From assembly GCF_037042905.1 (NCBI RefSeq), contig NC_087251.1:12650001-12714000 (forward strand): a DNA stretch of 64,000 nt. The letters run 5' to 3'. Of this stretch, positions 38,968 through 51,912 are shown in pieces. The translations under genes were made by a program, and so were the position numbers. Below the pieces are notes generated by a model, which was given only the letters and a program-made list of their open reading frames with translations, ran no database searches and was not told where the DNA came from. The first letter of the stretch is position 1; each line of letters starts with the position of its first letter. The stretch comes from Lytechinus pictus (lineage: Eukaryota).

Positions 38968-40122
38968 AAACAAGTGGAACGCCTCTGGCAGTCTCGCCTG
39001 CATTACGCAATTTAATATAGCAGCAGTGCTAACTTTGAAAACTACTATAAAATAAACATTCACAAAAACATCATTCATATAATGACATAATACCACGTTC
39101 ATTGACCATAAATGACATTTGAACGGAGACTTAAGACTGTCAACTACACCCATATCCACATTTCATTCACTCTATCCATAAACTTTCAAAGTTATGATGG
39201 CACTTCAACAATTACCCCAACATGGCCTAAGTTTATTGACCTTAACTGACCTTTGACTTGGTTTTGTGACCTGAAACTCACAGTGGATGTTCAGTGATGC
39301 TTGATTACTCTTATATCCCAGGTTTTATGAACTAGATCCATAAACTTTCACAGTTAGGATGGTAATTCAACAAATACCCCCAACACGGCCAAAGTTCATT
39401 GACCTTTAATGACCTTTGACCATGGTCATGTGACCTGAAACTCATACAGGATGTTCAGTGATACTTGATTACTCTTATGTCCAAGTTTTATGAACTAGAT
39501 CCATAAACTTTCAGAGCTAGGATGGTAATTTAACATATACCCCCAACACGGCCAAAGTTCATTGACCTTAAATGACCATTGACCATGGTCATGTGACCTG
39601 AAACTCGCACAGGATATTCAGTGGTACTTGATTAACCTAATGTCCAAGTTTCATGAACTAAATCCATAAATTTTCAAAGTTATGATGGTAATTCAACAAA
39701 TACCCCAAACTTGGCCAAAGTTCATTGACCCTAAATGACCTTTGACCTTGGTCATGTGACCTGAAACTCAGGCAGGATGTTCACTAATACTTGATTAACC
39801 TTATGTCCAAGTTTCATGGACTAGATCCATAAATTTTCAAAGTTATGATAGTAATTCAACAAATACCCCCAACTTGACCAAAGTTCATTGACCCTAAATG
39901 ACCTTTGACCTTGGTCACGTGACCTGAAACTCGAGCAGGATGTTCACTAATACTTGATTAACCTTATGCCCAAGTTTCATGAACTAGGTCCATATATTTT
40001 CTAAGTTATGATGTCATTTCAAAAACTTAACCTTAGGTTAAGATTTGATGTTGACGCCGCCGCCGCCGCCGCCGTCGGAAAAGCGGCGCCTATAGTCTCG
40101 CTCTGCTATGCAGGCGAGACAA
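38968..40122. mobile_element. Helentron-associated (HINE/DINE-1-like) non-autonomous element with internal 163-bp tandem repeats
   Basis: Subterminal inverted repeat GTCTCGCCTGCAT (38991-39003) / ATGCAGGCGAGAC (40108-40120); terminal hairpin at 40095-40120; (GCC)n just inside; A-rich flanks; no TSD. Confidence 0.7.
39165..40015. repeat. ~163-bp tandem repeat, about 5 copies
   Basis: GTGACCTGAAACTC recurs at 39266, 39430, 39593, 39756 and 39919. Confidence 0.93.
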
Positions 40123-40783
40123 AAAAAACTGAAAAAAGAAAAGAGAAAGAAAGCGGGAGAAAGTAGAGAAAAAGAAAGAACAAATAGAATACAAGGAGAG
40201 TGAGATCAAGTAATGCAAGATCTAATTTGACAGGTTTTGATCCATTGCGTGAGAATGACTCCTCATTTAAATTGAAAGGAACATCAAGTGATGATGCTCT
40301 CCACACTGTAACTAAACCAGGAGCTGTCAGTTCTACAAAAGATGTCATTTAACGAACTACTTGATATATGACAGTTTGTAAATCAGATTTTCTCAAGAGT
40401 TTCTTTCATCTATAGACTATGGTTTAGAAGCCACATGTGATGCTCATATGGAGATCATCACACCCCTTCCCTACAGAATACTTCACCCCCCCCCCAAAAA
40501 AAAGGAAAAAGAAAAACCCCTCCTGCCATGTAATGATGCGCTGTTCAATGCTGTCAAAGCAAAATTAATTTAACAATCCACAAATGCATAAAAAAGCATG
40601 ACATAATTCAAACCAAAATTTAACTGATTTGATTCAAAATTGAAATTAAAATGTACCTTCTTCCTAATAAGGACCCGATCAATTTGCATCAGCTACACAT
40701 TGTGAAAGATTGTTATCAAAGTGATAGAATGTACATGACCCCCCCCCCCTCTTTATAATCTCAACAAAAAAAAGTTTCATTAC

Positions 40784-40933
40784 CTTTATGCCTTCTATCC
40801 TAAAGCCTAGAGTTGCCGAAGAGCTGACATATTCCCTCCATTGCATGTAGCGTGGTTTGATGACGGCTTGTCTATTGTTCTCTTCTTCAGTTGGCTCGTT
40901 AGGATCGATCTCAATCATCTTCTGGTACATGTC
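40784..40933 (-). CDS. ITPKB: Inositol-trisphosphate 3-kinase exon
   Basis: 150 nt, phase 0-0: [18 protein letters not shown]...[32 protein letters not shown] acceptor, GTAATG donor. Confidence 0.97.
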
Positions 40934-43611
40934 CTGAAAAGATTGAAGAAAAATAAAACATATATATATATAATCAAACCTCCTTATTCTTAAAGGGGGT
41001 TTGTCCGTCAATGATGTCATTTGCACAGTGTGAGTCCTCTAATAGATAAAGTGAATGCATGAATGTTGAATGTTGTTATACAGTAGAGTTGAACTCAGTT
41101 GACAAATGTTATAATTCTATTGGGTATATCACTGAGACTACATCATCAAACCAATGCATTCTGGGTAATGTAACAGGAACTATTTGAGCAGTTCAGGACT
41201 CTAGGAAATGCTGTTCAATGTGGCTGTGATACACTGCCTTTTTAATTAACTTAATCAGAATTAAGTGCTCTATGATAATGCAGTGAAAATTTATCCATTG
41301 ATTAATTTCCTTTCATGCAATTTCATTTCATATTTCTTTTGATAAGACAAACAAATGAATAACTTTCATTATGCTGAACATTAATATAATGATGTAATAA
41401 CTCAATGCCAACACATTCAGTACAATTTATAAAGACAGATTTTATATCATATTTTGTCGTCATGAAAAGGAACACTATAGTTTTAACCATTTCTGTATTT
41501 TCTATTGTCAGACATATCATGTCAAAGGAGAATTAATGCTGGTGTTAACGTACATGATGCGCCATCTTTTTAATTGACACTCAGCAAATAAAATACTGAC
41601 ATGCAGTTAATCTATTTGGAATTTCTTGTCTCTAAATATGCAATTTTTTCTGTTATTCATCACTGATGAATATATTTCTGCATAAAAATAAATTCATAAA
41701 TGACTCCAAAAGCATGGCATGTCTAAAGAACCACAGCCAGTACTTACTTTGATATATTACATTAAATATTGCAAGACCAACCTTCCCTTAGCAGAAAATG
41801 AAATAATGCAATAGGCCGCAAAGAAATTGCTCTCCATATTGCAAAATCTTGATGGATCCCCTTTTCAACTTGTTACCATGGCAACCAAACTAAAAGCTTT
41901 AGATGTGTGAACAATGGGGATTGCTGCCTCCATTAAAACGAGAGTGACAGGTAATGTATGGATTGTCCATTTTCATTACCACAACATATTCTATATATTC
42001 CTTTTGATGTTATCAATTCATGATCTCTTGCAATATACTGATGATATACGGCATTATTTTCCCAGCTGACGTTGGAACGCATTTGTATGAATTATGTGCA
42101 TTAAAGTGATAAAAAAAGTGTTTGCATTATTCATTGCATTAGGTGTATAGCACTCAAAAACATGTTACGAAACGTGCAAATATTTTCACCTGCGTAATAT
42201 GGTCATGTGAGATCGAATGGTTTACTTTAGGAAAAAAAAAGAGTCTGGCGCAAGTCCTGAAATAAAGTTTTCTTTTCACCTCGTCTTTTGTGCCCCCTGA
42301 ATGAAGGGCCCGGGCACATACCCCTTGCCCACCCAAAACTAATATATAGGGAGTGATGTGTAAAATATATAGTCAAACATTGACCCTAGTGCAAACTTTC
42401 TCTTGAAAATTTTTCAAATTTTTTGTTTAACAGAGCTATGATTCCTTTTTAAAAATAATATATTTAAGAAATAATCAAATAAGTCTTTAGGAGAGAATAT
42501 GAAAGCTTATCCTAGAATGAAAATTCACCCCTCTACAGGTATGCAATCTTGCATTACATGGGAAAAGTAATATATAATCTTGCATATGTAATTAAGAAAT
42601 CTGTGACAGACTAGCTCATCTTTTTACCATTTCAAATGGGATGTTCCAGTGCTTATACAAGATATTTTTGATGAATTGATTCCATCTTAATCCGTAGATT
42701 AACTCATGTTTAAAGTGATGAAAAGTTACAAGAATATTCATTACCCAGCTGACACACATATGACTACGTTAATAGTCACAAATGACCATGTTTTGTGATT
42801 AGGTGACAATAGGACAAAAATAACATGATTCTTTATCAGATTTAACTTGACTGCAAATTATGATATGAAAATATGTTCTTATTTCAAAAACTCACAAATT
42901 TAGTGTTCCGAACCACTTTAACTAATTTCTTTAAAATCAGCTAAAAATATCACTTTCACACTTTGAAATAAGAAAGTGATGAAAAAAAGTGAGAAATAAG
43001 TCAATCTATATATACAGAAAGAAAATTGAAAAATGTTTACATTTGGTAAATTATAAATAGTTTAAGATGCTAAAATAGGGAAGTAGTTCTCTGTATTCCA
43101 TTTGTAATTTTCTAATTCAGTGAAATATATTAATTTTTATTTCACCTGAAATTCTCCTTGATCTACTGTCCAAAATGCAATTTCTTGCAGTGAAGAAAAC
43201 GTATCAAGGACATAAAATATAGATTGCAATTTAGGATGGAGTATTTGATATTCTCACAGTAGGGGGTTTTAAAGTGTATTCTCCATGGGTATAGTTGATT
43301 TTGGACCTTGAAAGATACGAGAAGGAGCAGGGATATTTGCCATTCTCAAGCTAGCTATAAGGAATGGGTACCTGGTATCATACTATTCGACTTGAAGCAG
43401 TAACTTTGGGATTACTTTTGTTTAGTTCAGCAGATATGTACTGCTGTGAAGTTGCAAAACCTACCGATTTTTAAGGATTGTTTCAAAATAAAAATACTTA
43501 AGTTTTTATCAAAAAATTCCTTTGTATAACGCACTTTTGGAATAATAAGCATGAAGAAGAGTAAACAATTTCCCATGGATAGGTATTCATTCAAGCCTTA
43601 TCCAATATTAA

Positions 43612-43895
43612 AGGGATGGTCAGGCTGAAAATATCTATATCCCAACAAATAGAGTAAAATTCACAGAGCAAAATGCTGAAAATTTCATCAAAATCGGATA
43701 ACAAATAACAAAGTTATTGAATTTTAAAGTTTATCAATATTTTGTGAAAGTAGTTATATGCACGTCGTCATGAATATTCATTAGGTGGGCTGATGATGTC
43801 ACATCCCAATTTCCTTTTTCTTATGTTATTACATGAAACAATAAATGTTTCATTTTTTCATTGAGATAAAAATATCTCCAGCCTGGACCATCCCT
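43612..43895. mobile_element. TTAA MITE, internally deleted relative of 46320-46931
   Basis: TTAA at 43608-43611 and 43896-43899; TIR AGGGATGGTC(C)AGGCTG; ~245 bp nearly identical to the left part of the 46320 element. Confidence 0.88.
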
Positions 43896-44214
43896 TTAAG
43901 GGACTTAGAGATAAAAACACAACTCTCTAGCTGTACATTCCTGCATACCCTGTTACATGTGTACCATTGTGAAGTATGGGAATACCCCCCTCCCCTACAT
44001 ACACACACCCTTTGTGGCTCAATATCTCAGAAATATCTATCTTTTTGAGAAAGCATTAATATTTTGTCCTCCCATAATACCTCTAGAAAAAAATCAAATT
44101 GCCATGATAGACATTAAATCTTCATCTAAATTTTCTTCTAAGTATCACCTTGCTTTTATCAACATCTTTATAGAGAAAACTAGACGATACCTCCCCCACA
44201 TAAAAAATACAAAC

Positions 44215-44269
44215 CTTTCTGAGTTTTGGCTTTTCCCTTGCTTTCATGAGTTCTTCTTCCAGATATGTT
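44215..44269 (-). CDS. ITPKB: Inositol-trisphosphate 3-kinase exon
   Basis: 55 nt, phase 2-0: (R)TYLEEELMKAREKPKLRK; TAG acceptor, GTTTGT donor. Confidence 0.93.
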
Positions 44270-45095
44270 CTATCAAACACAAAATGAAAAGAAAAATACA
44301 TAAGCATTTAGCAATATTGTAGCTTATCCTTCATTACATCCTTCACTTATCTGTCCTGATTACTGTTAAAGTCACTGTGAAAGTTGAAAGCAAGAATTAA
44401 CAACCAGCATAATAAAAGAAAGATTGCCATCAGAGGCATGAATATTCATATTGTTTTAGAAAATCTAGGGATACACTTATCTTTTCACCATCATTTTGGG
44501 ATTATTAGATCATGGTAATCTCATGAATTACAGACTCTGGGCTCGAGCCTGCATGAATAAGTAGCCCCTTGTAAACAAGATACTTAAACATGAAACCAAA
44601 GCTGCTGAGATGAGAATGGTTTCGTTTTGCTGACGTAGGTTATCAATGTAATGTTCTGAATGAAACCGTTAAGATAGCGAGTTTGGCGACTTTGTCTTTT
44701 GTCTACTTACATCAAGGAAATGGACAATGATCGGTTAATTTCCTTATCATCCTTTCACTTTTTATTTGTTTTAAACTCGCACTTGATTTCAAACATTCAA
44801 AGATTAGGAGATAATGGCATTTGAACTTTTGAGGAAAAGAACAATGCTCTTTAGTTTGATATCACACACAAAAGAAACAACAGAGACAGAAAATAACAGA
44901 AGAGGAGCAGGGGTAGTCAACAGAGAGATCAATAAACATAGAAAAGAGAAAAGATAATAAAGAGGACTGAGGTTAGAAGAGGAAGAAAAAGAAAGAATAA
45001 AAAAAGCCCCCCCCAAAAAAAAAAAAAAATGGAAACACCCCCACATTTAACCCAGTTACATGCAATATATAGGCCAGTTTGCACTGACCACTCAC

Positions 45096-45168
45096 CTCGT
45101 TCCCATCTTGCAGTCCATGACAGAGGGGTTGTCAAATTCACCTAGAAGATCTTGCATCTGAACATATT
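45096..45168 (-). CDS. ITPKB: Inositol-trisphosphate 3-kinase exon (PxxxDxKxG signature)
   Basis: 73 nt, phase 1-2: (K)YVQMQDLLGEFDNPSVMDCKMGT(R); donor GAG|GTGAGT. Confidence 0.96.
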
Positions 45169-46014
45169 CTGATAAAAACAGAAGGATGGTTAAGGAAATT
45201 ATCTGCATAAACATTTGGCGAAATTTATTTCATCTCATAGATGCACCTGTAAATACCATGTTTTTGAGCAGGAATCTTGCTTTTAAGGTGTTCTGCGTTT
45301 TTTCTTCACAGCAGCTAAGTTTTCCTGTATTGTTCATTGTTTTGTTTTGTTGATTATGAAATGCGAGGATGAGCAATGAAGTCTCCGGACTTTGAACCAC
45401 AAGGTCTGGGGTTCAAATCCCACCACAGCGCTTGTGTACTTTGGCAAGGCATTATCTACATTTGCCACCCTCCACCCAGGTGTAATAAATGGGTACCCGG
45501 AAAGAAGGAATTCCTTGAATGCTTGAGCGTCCAATCAGGATAGCAGTGCTTAAACCGGGGTAATAGTATGCAGCACTTAGAAATTTGTATTAAGTGCTAT
45601 AAAAATGTTGCAAATTATCATTATTATCAATGAACAGATGATTGCAGGGTTCTTGTATAAAAGATGAGGTTCCAATGTTTGGTGCCAAAATTGCAAAGAA
45701 ATATAACATGAAATAAATAATTCAAATAGATTACAAATAAACTGTTGTCCGCATGACCAAAATTTAACATGAAGAAATAAAAGCAAGTGACTGAAATCAA
45801 GATCTAATCCATGTGTACAGTTAATTAACAAATTATTTCATACATTTTGTGAAGCAAAGTACAATGTAGAAAGAAAATTAAACCAGAAAACAGTACATGC
45901 TTATCATTAAATGCCTGTACGACTGAAAATTCTGTTTTTAACAGGATTTGACTTGAAATCAATCACTTGAAAATGTACACTTTTACACTTCTCAATTTTG
46001 TCATTAAAGGATAC
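45169..46014 (-). other. U12-type (minor spliceosome) GT-AG intron
   Basis: 5' splice site GTATCCTTT (46014-46006) and branch site TTCCTTAAC (45197-45189), both perfect U12 consensus. Confidence 0.93.
45370..45628 (+). mobile_element. tRNA-derived SINE (5'-degraded copy)
   Basis: B box GTTCAAATCC; core TTTGGCAAGGC...CCACCCAGGTG...AAATGGGTACCCGG; tail AAGTGCTATAAAAA...(ATT)n; homologous to 51555-51912. Confidence 0.8.
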
Positions 46015-46155
46015 TTTCTGAATTCCTCTCTACAATTCCTTTGTATTCTGGTATATACGGTCTTAGAACGTCTGACATTAATGAACTCAACGCAGTCTGT
46101 TCCTTAGGGCAGTATTTCTTGAGGATTGTACCATATTCACCAGCTTTAAAGTTAC
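46015..46155 (-). CDS. ITPKB: Inositol-trisphosphate 3-kinase exon
   Basis: 141 nt, phase 1-1: (G)NFKAGEYGTILKKYCPKEQTALSSLMSDVLRPYIPEYKGIVERNSE. Confidence 0.96.
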
Positions 46156-46319
46156 CTGCAGAATGATTAAAAAATAGAAAAAAATAAGTTAAGATCTTTG
46201 ATGAATACATCCAGGCCTGTAAGAAATAATTTTAGGGAATGTCTAGGGTTTTACTCCTAAACCCTTACTAGGCTGAGTGTGCAGTTTGTACCTTGGCCAG
46301 TGTTTAACTAGCATGTTAA

Positions 46320-46931
46320 AGGGACAGTTTGGGCTAAAAAATATTTATATCTAAATAAATAAGAGTAAAATTCACAGAGCAAAATGCTGAAGATTTCATC
46401 AAAATCGGATAACAAATACCAAAGTTATTGAATTTTAAAGTTTATCAATATTTTGTGAAACAGTTATATGCACATAGTCATGAATATACATTAGGTGGGC
46501 TGATGTCACACATTCCCACTTTCCTTTTTCTTATGTTATTACATGAAATCATAAATGTTTCATTTTTTCATACATGTGTATTAAATGATGAGTCTCCATT
46601 ATGATGTAATAAGTTGCGGCAATAAATAACTAATGCACTTAATCAGTAGTCAATCCAATTGTTTTAGTTCTTGGTAGAAAAGTTTTGAATAAACTTAATC
46701 TAATTTCATATGATACAATACAAAAGAACAAGTGGGGATATGACATCATCAGCCCACCTAATGAATATTCATGCAGACATGCCTAGAACTGTTTCACCGG
46801 AATAATGCAAATCTTTAAAATTCAATAACTTTGTTATTTGTTATCAGATTTTGATCAAATTTTCATCATTTTGCTCTGTAAATCTTACTCTATTTATTGA
46901 GATATAAATATCTCCAGCCTGGACCATCCCT
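46320..46931. mobile_element. Palindromic TTAA MITE (Kolobok-like) with ~190-bp inverted arms
   Basis: TTAA on the left, CTAA on the right; arms inverted (AAAATCGGATAACAAATA / TATTTGTTATCAGATTTT; CATTAGGTGGGCTGATG / CATCAGCCCACCTAATG). Confidence 0.85.
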
Positions 46932-47272
46932 CTAAGGTCTTAAGAATACTGACCCAGTATACTAAGATATTTTTTAATTCACTAATATGATTTCTCTTCA
47001 TAGGGGACTATAAACAATAAATTTGTAAGATTGAATATACACTTGGATCCTAATGTTAATGTTGCTATTTCAGTCAATTATCTGTATTTTTTAACATCAC
47101 CTTACACTTTTCTTATAATACATCATGTTCTGAGTTTGGTATATAATACTATAGATAAATTTGGATGTATTAAATCAAATAAATCCAATCAAATTTCAAG
47201 TGAAGTTTTCAGTGTTTTCAATCACAAAATTCTATTGAAAAAGAATATCAGAGAACCAACCTAACAGACTTA

Positions 47273-48078
47273 GGCTGCGTTTATGCGACCTCAAGCCAGA
47301 ATCATGATTTGAATCATGATTTGAATCATGATTCAAAACACAAACATGAATCACAATATCACAGAATCAGCGTTTAGACGACCTTCATTCCAATGCTGTT
47401 TCTCCTCGGATTCGGACCATTCCAGTGCGCATCACTAGTGCGCAGTTTGACAGAGGAAGTTTTTCGCACATGTTTCGGCTCTCGAAAAATCTTTTGCTTC
47501 CAGAATTCAGTCTATACCTCATTTTGTTTACTTCTATCATATAGGGTCCATATGCTTCTATTCATCTTGTTAGTTTATCCAAAATGGTGTTCGGAAGTGA
47601 ATTTCAGCGTAGATCCAATTTAGTATTGATACTGTATACTCAACAACTGAGATCATTGTGTGTCCAGTTAATTCATTTACTAGAACTTGAAGTTGAAGAC
47701 ATGACCAAAAAATGAAAAGTAGTGGACGATGCGATGACCAACACAGAGCTTGAACATGACAAGAAATGCATGCGTAGTACATATTCATGAACATACTGCG
47801 CCTTGAACTAGGCAAGAGTCAAACCGAAAGTAGCCCGACACAACAGTGAGGTCATAGAATCATGATTCAAATCACGATATCGTTTATTCGAACATTTTCG
47901 TACGTGATTCTGCAGAAACGTCTTTCCAAACGCCCCTTTTTTCGTGTTTCATGTTTGTGATTCTAATCATGATTATATTCAATTTCGACTAAACGCAATC
48001 GTGATTCTGCAGAATCATGATTTGAATCATGATTCAGATCATGATTCTAGGGTAAAAAAGTGGCGGATAAACGCACCC
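47273..48078. mobile_element. PIF/Harbinger-like non-autonomous element with subterminal 12-bp repeats
   Basis: TIRs GGCTGCGTTTATGCG / CGGATAAACGCACCC; flanks TTA/TGA; tandem GAATCATGATT(T/C) at both ends. Confidence 0.75.
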
Positions 48079-51000
48079 TGAAAAAGGTCCATACACTTTG
48101 CCTGAAAAGAGCCAAAAGAGCTTAGTAGTTACTATTTTACTTAAAGGGCAATAGTAATTGATATCACACTTCTACCAAAGAACATTTTGACTCTGCAACA
48201 GACATTGAAGAATAAACTGCACCTTGCAATTTTGATAATAGGCTCTCTGAGCAGTCATTATAATGGATAGATACACTAATGCTTCCTAATCAGCAAAAAT
48301 GTCAGAAAATAATTGAGTTTGGAATACAAGGATACATAGATGCACAAATCTTTCAGAAAATTGGAAAGGGAACAGAGTTATCTGAATACAGTACTAGGGA
48401 TTTACGTTAACTGGCATTGGAAAAGGTTGCTTGGATACATTATACTGTCATATCATAAACAGACTGACTGATAGTGATACAGAGCATTCAATATTGATCA
48501 GCAAAATGCTTTGGAAAATGTCAATCATTTACAAAGAAGATAATTATGTAATTCCAGTCCACATTGCTCTAATTCAGTACGCTGCTTATTGATTTCTTCA
48601 TCAAAAAAAAAAAAAAATCTTGGTTCATGATAATATCAGTGAATTTCTCACAAAAAAATGCAATGGTGGTACTATAATTCTACAGAATATTTTTCCAGGT
48701 AAACTGCAAAGATAGTGGCATGGATTTGGAAGGGGAAAAAATAAATCTGCTTCAGGGACTGTAATTACCATCAAGCATAGTACATGACAATACAGCAGAT
48801 GATCATTGCCTTGAGAAAGCAATTACGAAGCTGTCTATATTTCTCTGTATCTTCTTTGAGTTCTTTTCTCAAAGCGAAGATTACGATGGATCTAATGAGT
48901 CTTCGTAATGATATTTTACATCCCACCCGTAATGCAAATAAACCACCTTAATATCCTAGCCAAAAGGGAAGCAAAAAGAGCAGGGAAAATTGAGGCAGGC
49001 GAGATGGGGTATTTACACCATCCCTATCACGAAATATACCTGTAATTTTTTTAATCTGGAATACATTTCCAAACTGTCAATGCATATATTTAGCCTACTT
49101 GAAAAGTAAGTACTTGTAATATCCCCAAGAAAATACTTGCCTAACAGTAGGAGCTTTCCAAAATTAGTGAATTTTCACAGGATTTTTCTAAGGGCACCAG
49201 TTTTCAAAAACAAATTTCAAGAACTTTTATCACATCAGAGAGATGAGACAGGATGAACATAATTCTTCTTTGTAGAAATATGATTCTGGTATGGGCAGGT
49301 GTCGATGTGCAAAATAATTATCAGGTACATTATTTTGAGGTCTATTAAAAACTCTTGTAATTTACAGATATTTTTTAAGATTAAGTCGGTGTGAATACAC
49401 TTTCTAATGGCTTTCGATAATGGCAGTTTTGATGTCTCTATCAAGCAATTTTCCGCCATGTTTGAGGTTTTTAATGCATATTTCCTTCAGGCAAGGATGT
49501 GTTTTGAAAGAATAATAAAAAAAATCACCAAACTTGCTTGAGAATAAAGGGGGAAATCTTACAAAAAGAAAAGTTTGAAAAACCATTGAATAATTGATGA
49601 AGATATGGAGAAAAAGGGAAAAATGTAGGGGGTAAAATGCATTTACATTTGCATTAAGGTCTGTCAAGCTAACAATATTAACCAAATCTGAATGGCTCGT
49701 GCTTACTCAGAAGTTTGTATGTGTAGAAATCGTCAAAAAAGATAAAAAAATATAATTACTTAAAATAACAATTCAGTTACCACTATTTTTCCAACTGAAA
49801 TTAGTTAAAAACTGATGAAACACATTATGACAGAGAATGCAAATCACAAAAAGAATATGCTGTTTCACTCAAATCAATTAAAGATAATTTTCTTTGTAGA
49901 ATTATTGCCATCATTCAGGTAGTAATTTTAGCAATGTCCCTAATTTTGGCTTGTATGCGGTTAGGCCTATTAGGATCGGATGATAACTCGCTATTTTAAG
50001 GGACTTTAATCGCTGGGCCAGGACCTCCAGGTTTGGTGTTCACTTGCGGGTCCAGGATGACGTCAAAGCCTACAGGGCGATGACAGTAGTAACGTCACCA
50101 CAGCGAGCAGTGCACCCCTTCATGTGTGACAGGTGGCTAACAATAACCCCATTCACACTACTGAGGGAAATAAGGTAAACCATGAAATATTAAATGAGCA
50201 TTAATGTTCAATTTAATAAAACAAATGTTTATAGTAGTTGCAATTTGAATGTTAGATAGTCAATATAGTACAGAAAAATAAAGTAGGTCTATGAGAGTGA
50301 TAATTCATTCTCGCTATTTGTCTTTTTGAGTGGAAAACTACAATATCCCTAAAAGATCCATAAAGTTTGGTGCAAAAAAAGTGTTACCTTTATCAAAGAG
50401 CCATGTTCACACAGTACTGAAGGATGTTGCTTGTTACTTGACTGAGTATTAATTAGAAACTGGTTTATTCTGACCTTAATTCAACTATATAAGTATAGCA
50501 TAAGCAGGTAGTCATTAAAAAAAAGTTGTGGATAAAATATACAGAAATACATTCAGATTTTTTTTTTATTCTATCAAGTAATCTTTTCTTGATTTATTGA
50601 ATTATGTAACCCCCCCCAAAAAAAAACCTAGGGAACTTTACCAGGTAAGAGAGGCAAAACAATGGTAAGTCTTTCATTTCTTTTTTTTTACAATCATCAC
50701 TTAAGCCTATTTAGACCTGAAACTTTTATTTTCATATATCAAAATAGCTTCAATGGTAACTGCTTGACTTGTTTTAAGAAAATATAAATTTCATCCCTGC
50801 TGGGTTGGATACATATTCAGGCACAAGATCAAAATCTCAAAGACATTCAAGCTTCTCCTTTCTTTTTTTTTTGAGCTATAAACTATTACCGTCAAAGACA
50901 AGATTCTTGTCGCCTTTTCTACGTTTTAATCCATTCCTTACGTCAGCAAGTCATAAAACATTTATCGTCATGCTTTGTCTTTGGGTCCACTAACTGAGAG

Positions 51001-51554
51001 TGACAATGAAGCTTGCAAATTGAGGAAGGAATTATTTCCAACACACTGAACAAATTGCATGGAAGAAATTGCAATGGCAGGAAGCACTCTTTCCAAGTTC
51101 TTGTGGGAATTCATCAATATCATACTGCTTTAAAAGGTCTGAAATAATCTTTGGTGTAGAGGCTCAATATGTTTGAAGACTCTTTTCTCTCATGCGACAA
51201 CTGAATCGACAACTGAATTGTTTTCTTGAAACACGATATTTGAGAGGTCCATTTTGAATTGGCATGTGCAAACAAGTACATATGCCAATTCTCATTGCAG
51301 TTTGATAGATAATGCTTTTTTTACATTAAAACTGGGCATACCCATGGTTCAGTGGTTCTAACACCTGCAAGGTTGCCTCATAAACAGTGGGTCCTAGATT
51401 CAATTGCTGACGAACTTGCACCAAACACTAAGCATGGGACCTTCTGCCTTCCAACCCGATACTTATTCGAATGAAAAAAGGGTTAATTATTAATAATGTT
51501 GGTCAAAGATGAGCTAATAAAAAGGTTTACTAGTAATTCTGTTAATTAATAAGT

Positions 51555-51912
51555 TAATAATAATAATCCGTTTTTTATATAGCGCTTAATACATCGGAAC
51601 GACGTGTCTAAGCGCTTTACAGATATATTATTACCCCGGTCATCGGATTCAATCAGTCATTCCCGCACACAATGTGTGCACATCCTCCACTCCCTGGGGA
51701 GTATTCCAGTCAGTCGCCGGTGAGGCGCACACAGTACTGGACAAGCTACAATGACTTTCACATCCTACCGGGTACCCATTTAGCACCTGGGTCGAGAGTG
51801 GCAAAGTGTGGATTAACGCCTTGCCAAAGGACGCCAGACCACGGTGGGATTCGAACACACGACCCTCTGTTTACAAGGCGAGAGTCAGAACCACTACACC
51901 ACGGCTCCTCCA
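51555..51912 (-). mobile_element. Full-length tRNA-derived SINE
   Basis: Minus strand: A box TGGTGTAGTGG, B box GTTCGAATCC, core CTTTGGCAAGGC...ACCCAGGTGCTAAATGGGTACCCGG, LINE-like tail AAGCGCTATATAAAAA..(ATT)n. Confidence 0.9.

Noticed and set aside
51830..51912. tRNA gene (A and B boxes on the minus strand)
   Set aside because: Continues into a SINE core and LINE-like tail, with a homologous copy at 45370-45628; it is a SINE head.
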